The notes under the pieces: model-generated
The model's database searches: none
The model's input: only the letters and a program-made list of their open reading frames with translations
What the model was told of the DNA's origin: nothing
Origin: Polyangiaceae bacterium
GTDB taxonomy: Bacteria > Myxococcota_A > Polyangia > Polyangiales > Polyangiaceae
Assembly: GCA_033763455.1 (NCBI GenBank)
Contig: JANRKO010000028.1
Span: forward strand, 160,001 to 224,000
Reading direction: 5' to 3'
Length of the DNA: 64,000 bases
Program-made: the position numbers and the translations under genes
Part shown: positions 18,224 to 29,200 of the stretch, piece after piece
Position numbering within the stretch: the first letter of the stretch is position 1
Layout of the letters: the number at the start of each line of letters is the position of its first letter

Positions 18224-19150
18224 ATGTCCGTGAGAAGTTCTCGATCAGAATGGGTTCGAGTGAGCATCGTCTTAGCTCTGGGCTGCAGCAGCCCGACGCC
18301 GGATAACGGTGCGATGAGCGCTGGGCAACAGCCCAGAGGGGGCGGTTCTGGCGTGAACAACGCCACAACTGGCGGAAAAGGCGCGATTCAGAGTGGAGGA
18401 AGTTCCGCAGCGATTACGGGTGGCCGTTCGGGCAGCGGAGGTATTTCAAGTGTGGGGGTTGGTGGGGCCGCAAATTCGGCAATAGGGGGCAGTGGAGGCA
18501 CGGCAATTGTCGACGTGAGTGGGGGCGCTCCCTCCACGTCGGGAGGAACGAGTGCGAGCGGAGGTACGTCGAATTCGGGCGCAGGCGGTAGCTCCCCGGG
18601 AGTGGGTGCAGCGTTGGACGGTCAGCGCTGGGAGTCAAACTGCGGCGCAGTGGCCGAAGGTGACGATAGCCTGTGTTTCAACTATCCTCCGAATACGTCG
18701 AGCTGCCCAGAAGGTGGGTACGTAATGCTCGATAAGCAGGTGGCTTTTGGCGGCACTCCAGGAATTACGTACGACGTGACGCTGCGCTTCCGCGGCGTGG
18801 TAGAGCCGAAGATCTACACGGGCGGCACCTCAGATGGGATGCACTTCTCTATTGGCGGGCTTGCAAGCGATTCTAACTACAACGTCTACAGCCTCGAAGT
18901 CTCCTCGCCACACCAGGTTTACTTTGTGAATTCGGACACCGACGAGGGGCACTATGTGTTCGCCATCGACACTACCCGCACCATTAAGATCGAGGGTGGT
19001 GCCACGCTCAAGCTGTACGGCCTGGATAACAACTGCATTTCTATCGCCAATGTTGACGGAGTGGTAGCGCCCGCCGGCGTCGCGCCGGCGCCAACGCCCA
19101 AAGGCCAGTTTGTCGAGGTAAATGTAGTCTCGCTAACGCCCGCCAATTAG
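18224..19150 (+). CDS. Lipoprotein with Gly/Ser-rich linker and beta-rich C-terminal domain
   Basis: Lipobox LALG-C; long G/S tract; Cys-containing globular end. Confidence 0.75.
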   Translation: MSVRSSRSEWVRVSIVLALGCSSPTPDNGAMSAGQQPRGGGSGVNNATTGGKGAIQSGGSSAAITGGRSGSGGISSVGVGGAANSAIGGSGGTAIVDVSGGAPSTSGGTSASGGTSNSGAGGSSPGVGAALDGQRWESNCGAVAEGDDSLCFNYPPNTSSCPEGGYVMLDKQVAFGGTPGITYDVTLRFRGVVEPKIYTGGTSDGMHFSIGGLASDSNYNVYSLEVSSPHQVYFVNSDTDEGHYVFAIDTTRTIKIEGGATLKLYGLDNNCISIANVDGVVAPAGVAPAPTPKGQFVEVNVVSLTPAN

Positions 19151-19275
19151 CCCGCGAGCCGCACAGGAATCGAAGCCAGGCGATTCCGACCTAATTTCGC
19201 CACTTCTTGTCGTGAAACATGGCTGACATGCCCATCGCGTTGACCTGAATCAGAAGCTCTGGTCTACCGAGCCCC

Positions 19276-19971
19276 GTGAGCCAAATACACTTCATAGGTG
19301 GCGAAAAGGGCGGAGTTGGCAAAAGCGTGGTTGCGCGGTTGTTGGCCCAATATTGGATTGATCGCGGTCGTCCATTTGCTGGTATAGACGCGGATCTTTC
19401 TCACGGCGCACTGCTGCGCCATTACGGCGACTTCAGTCAAGCCGTGGATCTTACCTCTCCAGACAGCGCCGATCAGATTTTGGATCGTGCTTTGGGCGGC
19501 GAACGCCGCGTGTTGGTGGATCTTCCGGCGCAGAGCGCCCGCGCCCTGAAGGAGTGGATCTTCGGAGCTAACGTGCTCGGCTTAGCACACGAGCTCGGAG
19601 CGACAGTTACCTTCTGGCACGTAACCGACGGAGGCTATGCTTCGGTGGGCGAAGTGGAACGGGCGCTTGAGCTCTACGGCGATCAGGCGCACCACATTGT
19701 GGTGAAGAACCACGCGCGCTCCAAGAATTTCAGCCAGTGGGAGGCATCTGCCGGACGCCGCAAGCTCGACGCACTTTCCGGAAAGGTGATGGATTTCCCG
19801 GAGCTCGAGTCCACCGCCATGTTCAAGATCGATAGCGCTGGGTTGAGCTTCTGGGCAGGCGCACACATGAGCGATGGCGAAGGAGCTTTGAAGCCGCTTG
19901 AGCGTCAACGCGTTAATCTGTGGATTAATAGCTGTTATGCACAGCTCGATGCACAGCTTGATGCCGTGTGA
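19276..19971 (+). CDS. ParA/MinD-like P-loop ATPase (MobD-like family)
   Basis: Deviant Walker A GGEKGGVGKS, IDAD and VLVDLPA. Confidence 0.8.
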   Translation: MSQIHFIGGEKGGVGKSVVARLLAQYWIDRGRPFAGIDADLSHGALLRHYGDFSQAVDLTSPDSADQILDRALGGERRVLVDLPAQSARALKEWIFGANVLGLAHELGATVTFWHVTDGGYASVGEVERALELYGDQAHHIVVKNHARSKNFSQWEASAGRRKLDALSGKVMDFPELESTAMFKIDSAGLSFWAGAHMSDGEGALKPLERQRVNLWINSCYAQLDAQLDAV

Positions 19972-20077
19972 GCGTCGACGCGGCGTGAGAGCATCTGCGG
20001 CTTAAGACAGCTGCAGCGCTCGGGGGGGCGTGTCCCTGAAGCATGCCGCGTCGGGGGCGGTAGCCCTCGTTCTTCGT

Positions 20078-20114
20078 ATTCATCAAATGAAATTCATACT
20101 TTCATTTAGTGAAT
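20078..20114. promoter_or_regulatory. AT-rich inverted repeat (candidate operator) upstream of the AAA_14-DUF4143 gene
   Basis: ATTCATCAAATGAAA-N7-TTTCATTTAGTGAAT, arms 13/15 complementary; followed by a -10-like TATCCT at 20122-20127. Confidence 0.6.
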
Positions 20115-20133
20115 GTAGCCGTATCCTTTGGAT

Positions 20134-21315
20134 GTGATTGAGAGAAATGCCGCTCCTGCCCTGCGGAGGTTGGCCACCCAGTACCCAGTTCTAACGGTTA
20201 CCGGCCCAAGGCAGTCGGGCAAGACCACGCTTTGCCGTGCGCTGTTCCCGAACCACCCGTACGTCAATTTGGAGCCTATCGACACCCGTGACGAGGTGCG
20301 GAGAGATCCGCGTGGGTTCTTGGCGGCTCACGCCAAGGGTGCCGTGGTGGATGAGGTTCAGCACGTCCCCGAATTGTTATCCTACCTTCAAGCGGAGGTA
20401 GATGTGGACCCTACACGGGGGCGTTTCATCCTTACAGGCTCTCAGCACTTTGGGTTGAGCGAGCAGGTGGCCCAGTCTTTGGCGGGGCGGACGGCAGTTT
20501 TTCAATTACTTCCGCTTAGCTTGGACGAGATCCGTCGCTTTGACGGCGCCTCTCTCGATCTCATGACAACGTTGTGGACGGGTGCCTATCCTCGGATCTT
20601 CGATCGGGGTATCGAACCGTCGCGTTGGTATGCGGATTACACCACCACTTATATCCAGAGAAACGTTCGGCAATTGCTCAATGTCTCCAACCTGGAGGCG
20701 TTTACCACCTTCCTTAGGCTCTGCGCGGGGCGGTCATCGCAGGAGCTCGTGCTGAGCTCACTGGGTGCTGACGCGGGCGTGTCTCAGCCAACGGCGCGCG
20801 CTTGGCTCTCTGTGCTGGAAACAAGCTTCCTCTGCCACAGAGTATCGCCGTGGCACCGGAATTTCAGGAAGCAAACGGTGAAGGCCCCCAAGCTACACTT
20901 TTTGGATACTGGCCTAGTGTGTTTCCTTCTCGGCATTGGCTCGCCCGATCAACTGCGTTCGCATCCCCTCCGCGGCGCCATTTTCGAGACCTGGGTAGCT
21001 TCCGAGATTTACAAAGCGAGAGCGAATGCCGGTCAAACCGTGCGCCTCGCTCACTACCGACAGGCACGAGGCCCTGAAGTGGATCTTTTGGTCGAGGCGT
21101 CGCGGGCTCTGTTCTTGGTGGAAGCGAAAAGTGGAGCCACCGTCGCTGCCGACTTCTTTGCCGGGTTGGATGGCTTGGCTGCGCTCATCGCCAGAGCCGA
21201 GCCGCATCGAACCACCGAACGCGTACTTGTCTACGGCGGCGACGAACCCCGAAAGCACCAGCAAGTTTCGGTTGTACCTTGGAGCAGGCTCCCTGATGTG
21301 CGCTGGTGCGACTGA
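20134..21315 (+). CDS. AAA_14 ATPase with DUF4143 (wHTH + PD-(D/E)XK-like) C-terminus
   Basis: TGPRQSGKT, VVDEVQ, FILTGS, KLHFLDTGL, GAIFETWV, EVDLLV...VEAKS. Confidence 0.92.
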   Translation: MIERNAAPALRRLATQYPVLTVTGPRQSGKTTLCRALFPNHPYVNLEPIDTRDEVRRDPRGFLAAHAKGAVVDEVQHVPELLSYLQAEVDVDPTRGRFILTGSQHFGLSEQVAQSLAGRTAVFQLLPLSLDEIRRFDGASLDLMTTLWTGAYPRIFDRGIEPSRWYADYTTTYIQRNVRQLLNVSNLEAFTTFLRLCAGRSSQELVLSSLGADAGVSQPTARAWLSVLETSFLCHRVSPWHRNFRKQTVKAPKLHFLDTGLVCFLLGIGSPDQLRSHPLRGAIFETWVASEIYKARANAGQTVRLAHYRQARGPEVDLLVEASRALFLVEAKSGATVAADFFAGLDGLAALIARAEPHRTTERVLVYGGDEPRKHQQVSVVPWSRLPDVRWCD

Positions 21316-21357
21316 TCGATGCAGGGATCACCACACCGAGCCTGAGCCGGCTGCCCT

Positions 21358-22755
21358 TCAGCCGTAAAGCCCACCCAGAGGCCCTTTGTTCCAGAAAGGG
21401 TCCCCGTGCACGGGCTTGTTGTAGCCAAAGCGTTTGAAGGTTTCGACCCAGAGATCTGCGTGGGTGCGCCCCGTGTATTGCAGATAACTACCGGTGTTGA
21501 GCCCGAGGGTTTTTCCACCGAAAAGTAAGATCGGGTTGTCTTCAATGGAGTGGGCGCTCCCTACGCAGCACTCATTGAAGTAAACCACGAGGGTATTGTC
21601 GAGCATGCTCCCATTGCCTTCGGGAGTGTTCTTGAGATCGAGGAGTAGTTTAGCAGTAGTTTGATTGTAGAATAGCTCAAAGGCCTCATGGGTGGCTATT
21701 GCGCCATCATCGTGAGATGCTTCATGGTGGCCACTCAAGCCAGCGCCGCCCACCGCGCTGGCGATGATGTCACTGTTCCCATAAGAGTACGTTAGAGTAA
21801 CGACGCGGGTGAGGTCACACTTGAAAGCGGATTGAATGATGTCCGTCTGTTCCACTGCTGCCAATGCGTGGCGAGCATCATCGTTGTCGTTTTCGGTGGT
21901 ACTGGCAGGGAGCGCGCCCAAGATCGGCTTTGAGCAGCCGACGCTCGGCCCGGAAGTAACCTGCGCTTCGAGTGCACGAATGGCCGTCAGATGGGAGTCC
22001 AGCTTGGGCAGTTGAGAGCTTGGAACCTTCGCACGGATCGCCGTAAGATCCCTGATGACGAAATCGAGAATGCTCTTATTCTTCGCGCGTACGCGATCGA
22101 TGGCACCCTGATCCCCCCCGAGCACTAAGTTGGCGAAGATGTTGTTAAAGGCCGTTTCTGGCCGACTTTCTGGCCATAGGGCTTGATTGAAGCCGGCGTA
22201 GGAGATCACTCTCAAGCACTCGGGCCCGGCACCTTTCATGGAGTGCAGCGAGGCGCCGAGTTGGAGCGACGCTATGGAGGTTCCCTGGAGGGAAGTGACG
22301 TTCTTCAGGAGTTCTTGGTCCACCGAGGCCGCAGTTCCAGTGAAGGCCTTGCCGTTGTCGTCTTGTACCTCTTCCGGGGGACTGCCGGGAATGTACTTCC
22401 AGCCGTCCGTTGGTGAAGGCGAAGGGCACATAATGGCAACCATGCCAGCCCCGTGTTTATCGCCCAGCCAATTGTCTGACCTCGGAATATCAATCCCTTT
22501 GAGCACAACCATGTCGTTGCGCAGTGCTTCGAAAGGCTTCAAAAGCTCAGTCATGCCCCAATCCTTCACGCCGCCCGCAGTGGGGAACCACTTTTCGGGG
22601 CGGGTGCCACAGGGGCGATGAATGATGAGCAAACGTTGCGGCCCCACACTTTGTGCCTCTGCACGCAAGAGGGGCGCAACCAGTGCTGCGAGGCCGCTGC
22701 CGCCTACGCCAGAGAGAAACGCGCGTCGCAGGAAGCGAGAGTTGGAGGTGGTCAT
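21358..22755 (-). CDS. DUF1552 domain protein with Tat signal
   Basis: LRRAFL Tat-like motif, LKPFEALRNDMVVLKGI, SVDQ, SILDFV, KLDSHL, CDLTRV, GSMLDNTLVV. Confidence 0.88.
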   Translation of the reverse strand: MTTSNSRFLRRAFLSGVGGSGLAALVAPLLRAEAQSVGPQRLLIIHRPCGTRPEKWFPTAGGVKDWGMTELLKPFEALRNDMVVLKGIDIPRSDNWLGDKHGAGMVAIMCPSPSPTDGWKYIPGSPPEEVQDDNGKAFTGTAASVDQELLKNVTSLQGTSIASLQLGASLHSMKGAGPECLRVISYAGFNQALWPESRPETAFNNIFANLVLGGDQGAIDRVRAKNKSILDFVIRDLTAIRAKVPSSQLPKLDSHLTAIRALEAQVTSGPSVGCSKPILGALPASTTENDNDDARHALAAVEQTDIIQSAFKCDLTRVVTLTYSYGNSDIIASAVGGAGLSGHHEASHDDGAIATHEAFELFYNQTTAKLLLDLKNTPEGNGSMLDNTLVVYFNECCVGSAHSIEDNPILLFGGKTLGLNTGSYLQYTGRTHADLWVETFKRFGYNKPVHGDPFWNKGPLGGLYG

Positions 22756-22772
22756 ACTGAAAAGGACCTTTC

Positions 22773-24569
22773 TTATTTGAGCGCTGGGTCTCGCACCATG
22801 AAGCCGGGCGCCGTGAGGAGGGCCCGAAAAAAGTCAGCAAAAGAGCCACTGGTCGCGAACTTGCTGCGAGCATCGGCAAGATCGCAGGACTCAACAGCGG
22901 AGGTGAATCCAAGTGAATACTTGGCGAGTGTTTGCGTTGCACAATTGGCGGTTGCGGGGCGATTTGCCAAGCGCTGCGCTAAGTCCACGACACCCGTGAT
23001 CGGCCCATCGAGATCGGCACCGAGGCCAGCCAAAGTGGCGCTCGAATCGATCGCCATTCCGTTCGCATCCTGAGGTTTGAAGCGGCCGATGGGGTCGAAC
23101 TGCTCAAAGGCCAATCCCAGCGGATCAAATAAGCTGTGACAACCCGCACAAGTGGGCAAAGCCGCTCGCTTGGCGGCGAGCTCACGCGCAGTGCCCGTCA
23201 TGGTCTTACTCACGTCGAGTGCTCCCGCAGGTGGAGCGGGAACTGTGCCGCCGCACACGAAAGAGTTGTAAACAAACAGCCCGCGGTGGATCGGATCCCC
23301 GCTATCCTTGTGTTGGTTTGAGGCAGCCAAGACGCCCGGCTGGGTCAAGAGCCCCGCTGCGGGCTGCGACGCGGCGATATCCACAGCCACGAGCTCACTG
23401 CCGGCTACGGCGGGTAACCCGTAAACAGAGGCGAGCTCGTTGTTCGCGTAGACTTTGCGCGAACTAAAGAGATCGGAGAATTTTCCGCTCCAAACGGTGT
23501 CGCGCAGGAATGCGGAGGCGCCCGCGTAGAGGCTTTCTTTGAGCGAAGGAGTGTACTCTGGGAAAAGACCCAGATCTTTTGCGCTCGAGCGAATGCGTTC
23601 AACACCTGCCCAATACCTCACGAGTTCGGACACGTTGTCTCGAACCCGCTGAACTGCCAGCAGACGATCCACTTCTGCGGTGAGCACTGCCGGTTGGAGT
23701 AGTGTGCCGGAATTGGCCGCTGCCCAGAGCGCGTCGTCAGGTGCGGAATCCAGCAACAAGAAGGATATGGCTGAGGCCACTTCGTTGGCGGTGAGGGCTA
23801 CAGGTGCTGTCGCCGCTGAGGCATCCACGCCAATTTCAGTTCGATACAGAAAAGAGCCAGATTGCAGCGCGGCTTGGATAACCATGCTGAGCGCTTCATC
23901 GCCACCTTCTGTAGCTGAGAAGTCGTTGTAGATTTTCATTAGTCCGGCGGTTTCGGCGGCCGCAAGTGGTCTCCGCCAAGCGCGGGCGATCTTGTCATGG
24001 ATGAACTGCTCCACGCACGCGGCCGCAACAGCGGAGCCGCAAGGCTTCACTTGTTGTGCGATCTTCTGCGCTGCGCGCTGATATCCTTGGGCGGCCGTAA
24101 CATCCACCTGAAAGGCTTCGGAAAAATTGGTGTAGTTGCCGCTTACACCGTTGGCCGTCGTGATCTGTGCGTCCCCGCCCGTGAGCGTTACGCCAAAGAC
24201 ATCACTGCTCACCTTGACGACCTGTTCGTCGCTCAGCAACCAAACGCGCGCTGGAGCAAGTGGTGCGCCTGGTGCACAAGGCGTGCCGTTCGGGCCGGGA
24301 ATTAGTGGTGCATCGCCGCCCCCGGTGCCTGCTCCCGTTCCGCCACCGACACCAGGCATGCCTGTTCCCGGCACAGATCCATCACCACCGGTTCCGGCTG
24401 CAACGGGCATACCATCCGGGCCAATCGCAGGACTAACGCCGCTGCTCCGCGGTACGTTGGCGCTGCATGCCAACGCAAGGAGCGCCAGGCCCGGAACCAC
24501 ACCTAGCAGTAGACGCGAAGACCCTTCAGATATCGAGCGTCGCTCGACTTCAGGGCACGATGTTGACAT
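22773..24569 (-). CDS. DUF1592/1588/1595/1587/1585 lipoprotein with one c-type heme motif
   Basis: Lipobox LALA-C, AWRRPL, SFLYRTE, SAPDDAL, GLLTQ, PIHRG, CAGCH, DPLGLAFEQFD. Confidence 0.9.
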   Translation of the reverse strand: MSTSCPEVERRSISEGSSRLLLGVVPGLALLALACSANVPRSSGVSPAIGPDGMPVAAGTGGDGSVPGTGMPGVGGGTGAGTGGGDAPLIPGPNGTPCAPGAPLAPARVWLLSDEQVVKVSSDVFGVTLTGGDAQITTANGVSGNYTNFSEAFQVDVTAAQGYQRAAQKIAQQVKPCGSAVAAACVEQFIHDKIARAWRRPLAAAETAGLMKIYNDFSATEGGDEALSMVIQAALQSGSFLYRTEIGVDASAATAPVALTANEVASAISFLLLDSAPDDALWAAANSGTLLQPAVLTAEVDRLLAVQRVRDNVSELVRYWAGVERIRSSAKDLGLFPEYTPSLKESLYAGASAFLRDTVWSGKFSDLFSSRKVYANNELASVYGLPAVAGSELVAVDIAASQPAAGLLTQPGVLAASNQHKDSGDPIHRGLFVYNSFVCGGTVPAPPAGALDVSKTMTGTARELAAKRAALPTCAGCHSLFDPLGLAFEQFDPIGRFKPQDANGMAIDSSATLAGLGADLDGPITGVVDLAQRLANRPATANCATQTLAKYSLGFTSAVESCDLADARSKFATSGSFADFFRALLTAPGFMVRDPALK

Positions 24570-24854
24570 ATCACACCTTTCAGAATGCACAGAACCACGC
24601 CACGCACGGCGAACCGCGGGCATAAATGCCAAGAGCCTGCTCGCCATCAGTGGTGGGCTGAAGACTCAGGTAAGGTAACAAGTCGATATATCTGTCGCCA
24701 TAGCGTTCTCCGGGGTGCGTTGTGTCGAAGCCTGGCGGGAAATGATCCTGAGAGTCCTTGTTTTTGGCTTGGTTCGCGTATGCCCGCCTTTTCGCCTAAC
24801 ACCTGGAAGTACCAGCGGAGACGCGGCTTCTGCGCGGTGCTAGCCTAGCTCTGC

Positions 24855-26021
24855 GTGGCCGGTGAAGCAGTGTTGACTCGTCGTTCTGTCATTGTGAAGG
24901 TGCCGCTTTCGGTTGGCCACGGGCGTGCCATCTTGGAGGGCGTCTCGGAATACGCGCGCAATCGCAAAGATTGGTGGATCACGGTGCTCAACGAAGAAGC
25001 TACCGTGGAAGTGGTGGCCAACGCCCAACCTTCAGGTGTGATCGCGTTCACCTTTACCCGTGAAATCGAAGATAGCCTTCGGGCGATTGGCGTACCTGTT
25101 GTCAGTGTCGCAAACACCGTGGAGCATTCCCTGTTGCCCGCGGTTTACTTCGATGATCATGAGGCCGGGCGCCTGGCAGCTGAGCATTTGATGACGTGTG
25201 GCCTGCGGCACTATGCATTCATGGGCGATCTGGATCCCATAAATGGGCGGCTTCGCTTGGAGGGGTTCCGCGCTGCGCTCGAGAGGGCGGGCCATTCTGT
25301 GGCAGTTCTTGAGTGCACGAACAATTTCAGTTGGATACCGTTCAACCCAGAGGACGTGATTCGCCAGCTTGTGGCCCTGCCCAAGCCCTGCGGCGTTTTC
25401 GCGCCTTGGGACCTCATTGCCTATCACGTGGCTCGCGTGTGCGAACACGCCAGCATCCGCGTGCCTGAGGAAATTGCCATCATTGGGGTCGACAACGATC
25501 CGTTGCTTTGCAACGTCTCACGGCCACCGCTCACCAGCGTCCGCATCCCTGCGTTTGAAATTGGGTTTCGTGCCGCCGAAATGCTCGACCATTTGATGAC
25601 CGGAGGTGCGGTGCCCGAGCAGCCCGTGATCTTGCCCCCCTTGCCTCCGGTAGTGCGCCAATCAACAGAGGTGATCGCCGTTCCCGACGAGAAGGTGGCC
25701 ATGGCGCTGCGCTATGTTCGCGAACACGCTCATGAATCCGTAGGCGTGACGCAGATGTGGGAAGCTCTAGCTGTTGATCGCAAGGAAATGGAAGCGCGCT
25801 TTCGTAAATTTCTCGGTCGCTCTGCTGGGCAGGAATTCACGCGTGTACGGGTCGAGCGTGCGAAGCAGCTCGCGCTTGATACCAACTACACTGCAGAAGA
25901 GTTAGCTCGCGCTTGTGGGTTTGCCACAGCTTCGTATCTTATTAGTGTTTTTCGGAAGCACGTGGGTGTCACGCCTCAGGCGTACCGCGAGACATTTCGT
26001 AGAGTGCCCGTAGCTAGCTAA
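24855..26021 (+). CDS. XylR-type transcriptional regulator (LacI-like sensor + AraC HTH)
   Basis: AAEHL..CGLRHYAF, LPKPCGVFA, RVPEEIAIIGVDND, PLTSV, VVRQST; C-terminal ARACGF..ASYL..FRKHVGVTP. Confidence 0.92.
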   Translation: MAGEAVLTRRSVIVKVPLSVGHGRAILEGVSEYARNRKDWWITVLNEEATVEVVANAQPSGVIAFTFTREIEDSLRAIGVPVVSVANTVEHSLLPAVYFDDHEAGRLAAEHLMTCGLRHYAFMGDLDPINGRLRLEGFRAALERAGHSVAVLECTNNFSWIPFNPEDVIRQLVALPKPCGVFAPWDLIAYHVARVCEHASIRVPEEIAIIGVDNDPLLCNVSRPPLTSVRIPAFEIGFRAAEMLDHLMTGGAVPEQPVILPPLPPVVRQSTEVIAVPDEKVAMALRYVREHAHESVGVTQMWEALAVDRKEMEARFRKFLGRSAGQEFTRVRVERAKQLALDTNYTAEELARACGFATASYLISVFRKHVGVTPQAYRETFRRVPVAS

Positions 26022-26093
26022 CCTCTAAGCTTGCCGCCTGTGCGCCGCCCAAGCGTGAGCGCGCCGCGCGTTGGTGAGGCGGGTGACGAGAGT

Positions 26094-26126
26094 ATCTTTC
26101 TGATTCACTCCCGCATCTTTCGATTC
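26094..26126 (+). promoter_or_regulatory. Direct repeat at 21-bp period upstream of GH38 (candidate AraC/XylR site)
   Basis: ATCTTTCTGATTC at 26094 and ATCTTTC-GATTC at 26115. Confidence 0.45.
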
Positions 26127-26201
26127 TGCTCAGGGGGTTGTAGGAAATACTGAAGAAGTGGCAGTTTGACCGTGTCATCTTCGCGTGTAAGCCTTGGGGG
26201 A

Positions 26202-29200
26202 ATGGTTCACGCTCACACCGACATTCGTCGGCAACGCCTTATTAACTTTCGTCAGCAGCTAGCCCGGAGCGTGATCGAGGAATGGATCCCGCTTCACGCT
26301 GAGTGTGCCCTGGCCGATGGACCCATGGCGTTCGGTGAAAGGGAGACGCTGAAATACCGTCCTATCAAGGAGGGTGAATCTTGGGGTAGTGCTTGGCAGA
26401 GCGCATGGTTTCACCTGCAGGGCAAGGTGCCGGCGCATTGGGCTGGGAGTGAGGTAGTGGCACGCATTGACCTCAACGGTGAGATATTGGTGTTTGACGC
26501 CCAAGGTTGCCCGAAAATGGGGCTCACCAACGGGTCCGTGTTTGATGGCCACTACAACAAGGATATTCTGCGGCTCTACAGTCGCTGTGTGGGTGGCGAG
26601 TCGGTTTCTGTGTGGCTTGAGTCGGTCGCTAACGGACTCTTCGGGGTTCACCGTGAGGATCCGGAGCGCCTTGAAGACCAGGGGCATCTTCACGGAAAAC
26701 ACGATGGTCGCGCCGTGGCTCTGCGCCTGTGCCGTTTCAACCGCGAGATGTGGCATCTGTGGCTCGATGTGGATGTCCTGTTTTCTCTCTGGGAAGCACT
26801 CCCGAACGATAGTCGGCGCAAGCGCAAGGTGTTTCGAGCACTTAACCAAGCGGCGGATGTGTTCGTCGGTGAAGGGCGAGTGGAAGCAGCGCGGGGCGCG
26901 CTGGCTCCTCAGTTGGCAATCCCCGCAGATGCCTCCGCGCTCTGCTTAACTGCCGTGGGCCACGCGCACATCGATACAGCCTGGCTCTGGCAGGTGAAAG
27001 AGTCGGTCAGAAAGTGTGCGCGCACATTCTCAAGTCAGATAGATCTGATCGAGCGCTACCCGGGCTATGTGTTCGGCGCCTCCCAAGCACAGCACTATCA
27101 GTTCGTGAAAGACCACTACCCGCAGCTTTACACCAAGATCAAAGCTGCAGTTGCCGCTGGAAGTTGGGAGGTGCAAGGCGGCATGTGGGTGGAGGCAGAC
27201 GCTAACCTCATTTCCGGCGAATCTATGGTGCGCCAGTTTGTCATCGGCAAGAATTTCTTTCGGGCTGAGTTCGGGGTCGAAGTTAAGAATTTGTGGTTGC
27301 CGGATGTTTTTGGCTATTCGGGTAATTTGCCGCAGATCTTGGCAAAATCCGGCTGCCCTTACTTCCTCACGCAGAAGATGAGTTGGAGCCGCTACAATAA
27401 GTTCCCCCACAATACTTTCAATTGGCGTGGTATCGATGGCAGCGAGGTGTTGGCGCACTTCCCACCAGAGAACAACTACAACGCCAGCGTGATGCCATCT
27501 TCATTGCTCACCGCCGATCGTGAATACGCTGAAACGGCTATTTGTGACGAAGCTATCTCCCTGTTCGGCATCGGCAATGGCGGCGGCGGGCCAAAGGATG
27601 AATACTTGGAGCGCGCAAAGCGGGTAGCCAATCTGAACGGCCTTCCGAGCTATCAACTCGGAGCGGCTCAACCCGCACTCGAAAGGTTGAGCGCCCATAA
27701 AGCAGAATTGAGCACCTGGGTGGGCGAGCTTTACCTAGAAGCACATCGCGGCACCTTTACCACCCAAGCAAACATCAAGCGCCTCAATCGCCGCTTAGAA
27801 GAAGCCTTGCGTGCCACAGAAATGTTGTGCGCCACGGCTGGCTTGGCCAGCTACCCCTCCTGGGACTTGGATCAGAACTGGAAAGCGCTGCTCCTCAATC
27901 AATTCCACGACATCATTCCGGGCTCTTCAATCCACGCCGTGTATGAGGTCACCACGAAGGAGTTAGAAGGAGCCCTTTCTTCCTGTCAAGCGTTGGCCGC
28001 CAATGCGGTTGCGGCGCTCAGCACCAGCGATAGCGAAGCGCTCTCCGTGTTCAATCCGGCAAGCACGCCATATGTAGGCACCTTCCAGCTGCCTGCCGGG
28101 TTCGGCAGCGTTGCCCTTTCTGATGGCACTCCGCTGGTTTGTCAGGCCACAGCGAGCGGGTCTGTATGCCATATCATGGTGCCGGCGCAGGGCTTCCTTT
28201 CTTTGCGTAGGCTTTCGAATGCGCCGGTGGCTGCCAGCGTTGCTGGCAACGGTAGCTCGGCCAACGTGCAGGTGCTGGAGAACCAGTGGGTGCGCTACGA
28301 ATTTGACGGCAACCTTCGCTTGGTGCGCGCGTTTGATAAGGAGCTTAGTCGTGAGATCTTGGTGCCCAACGAGCGTGGCAATGAGCTTGCGCTCTACGAA
28401 GATAGGCCCCACGCGTTTGATGCTTGGGAGGTGGACGAATATTACGAGCAGCAGAAGGTCGACGTGGCCAAAGTGGTGCCGGGCAGCATTTCTCGGATTA
28501 CCGGCCCCGTACGCCAGGGGTTGGAGGCTCGGCTCACGGTGGGCCAGTCCACTCTTAAGCAGCGCGTTTGGCTCGGTGAGCACAGCCGCCGGGTGGACTT
28601 CGTAACAGAGGTAGATTGGGCGGAAAATCACAAAATGTTGCGCGTTTCTTTCCCTACCACGCTGCGCGCCAATGAAGCCAACTTCGAAATACAGTACGGC
28701 TTTGTGCCCCGCCCCACGCATCGCAATACCGCGTGGGATCACGCTCGCTTCGAAGTGGTTGGCCACCGTTACGCCGACCTTTCAGAAGGGGATTGGGGTG
28801 TGGCGCTTTTGAACGACTGCAAATACGGCTACAAGGTTCACGGCGGCGTTTTAGATCTCAATCTTCTGCGCGCCCCAACCGATCCAGATCCCATCGCTGA
28901 TCGCGGGCAGCACCGCTTCACCTACAGCCTCTTGCCGCACGTAGGTCAGCTCGCTGAAAGCGTTGTCTTCCAGGAGGCAGCGGTCTTGAATCAAGGCCTC
29001 CTGAGCTTTGCAGGTGTGCGCTGGAACGCCACAGCGCTCCCGGTAACGCTGCAGGGGGAAGGCGTCGAGCTTTCGGTCGCGAAGAAGGCTGAAAACGATG
29101 AGTGTTACGTCGTGCGCGTCGTGGAAACCCGCGGCTATCGAGCTCAAGCCGTGCTCCAAGCGGCCGATCCCCAGGCGCGGATTGTGCCCACCAACCTCAT

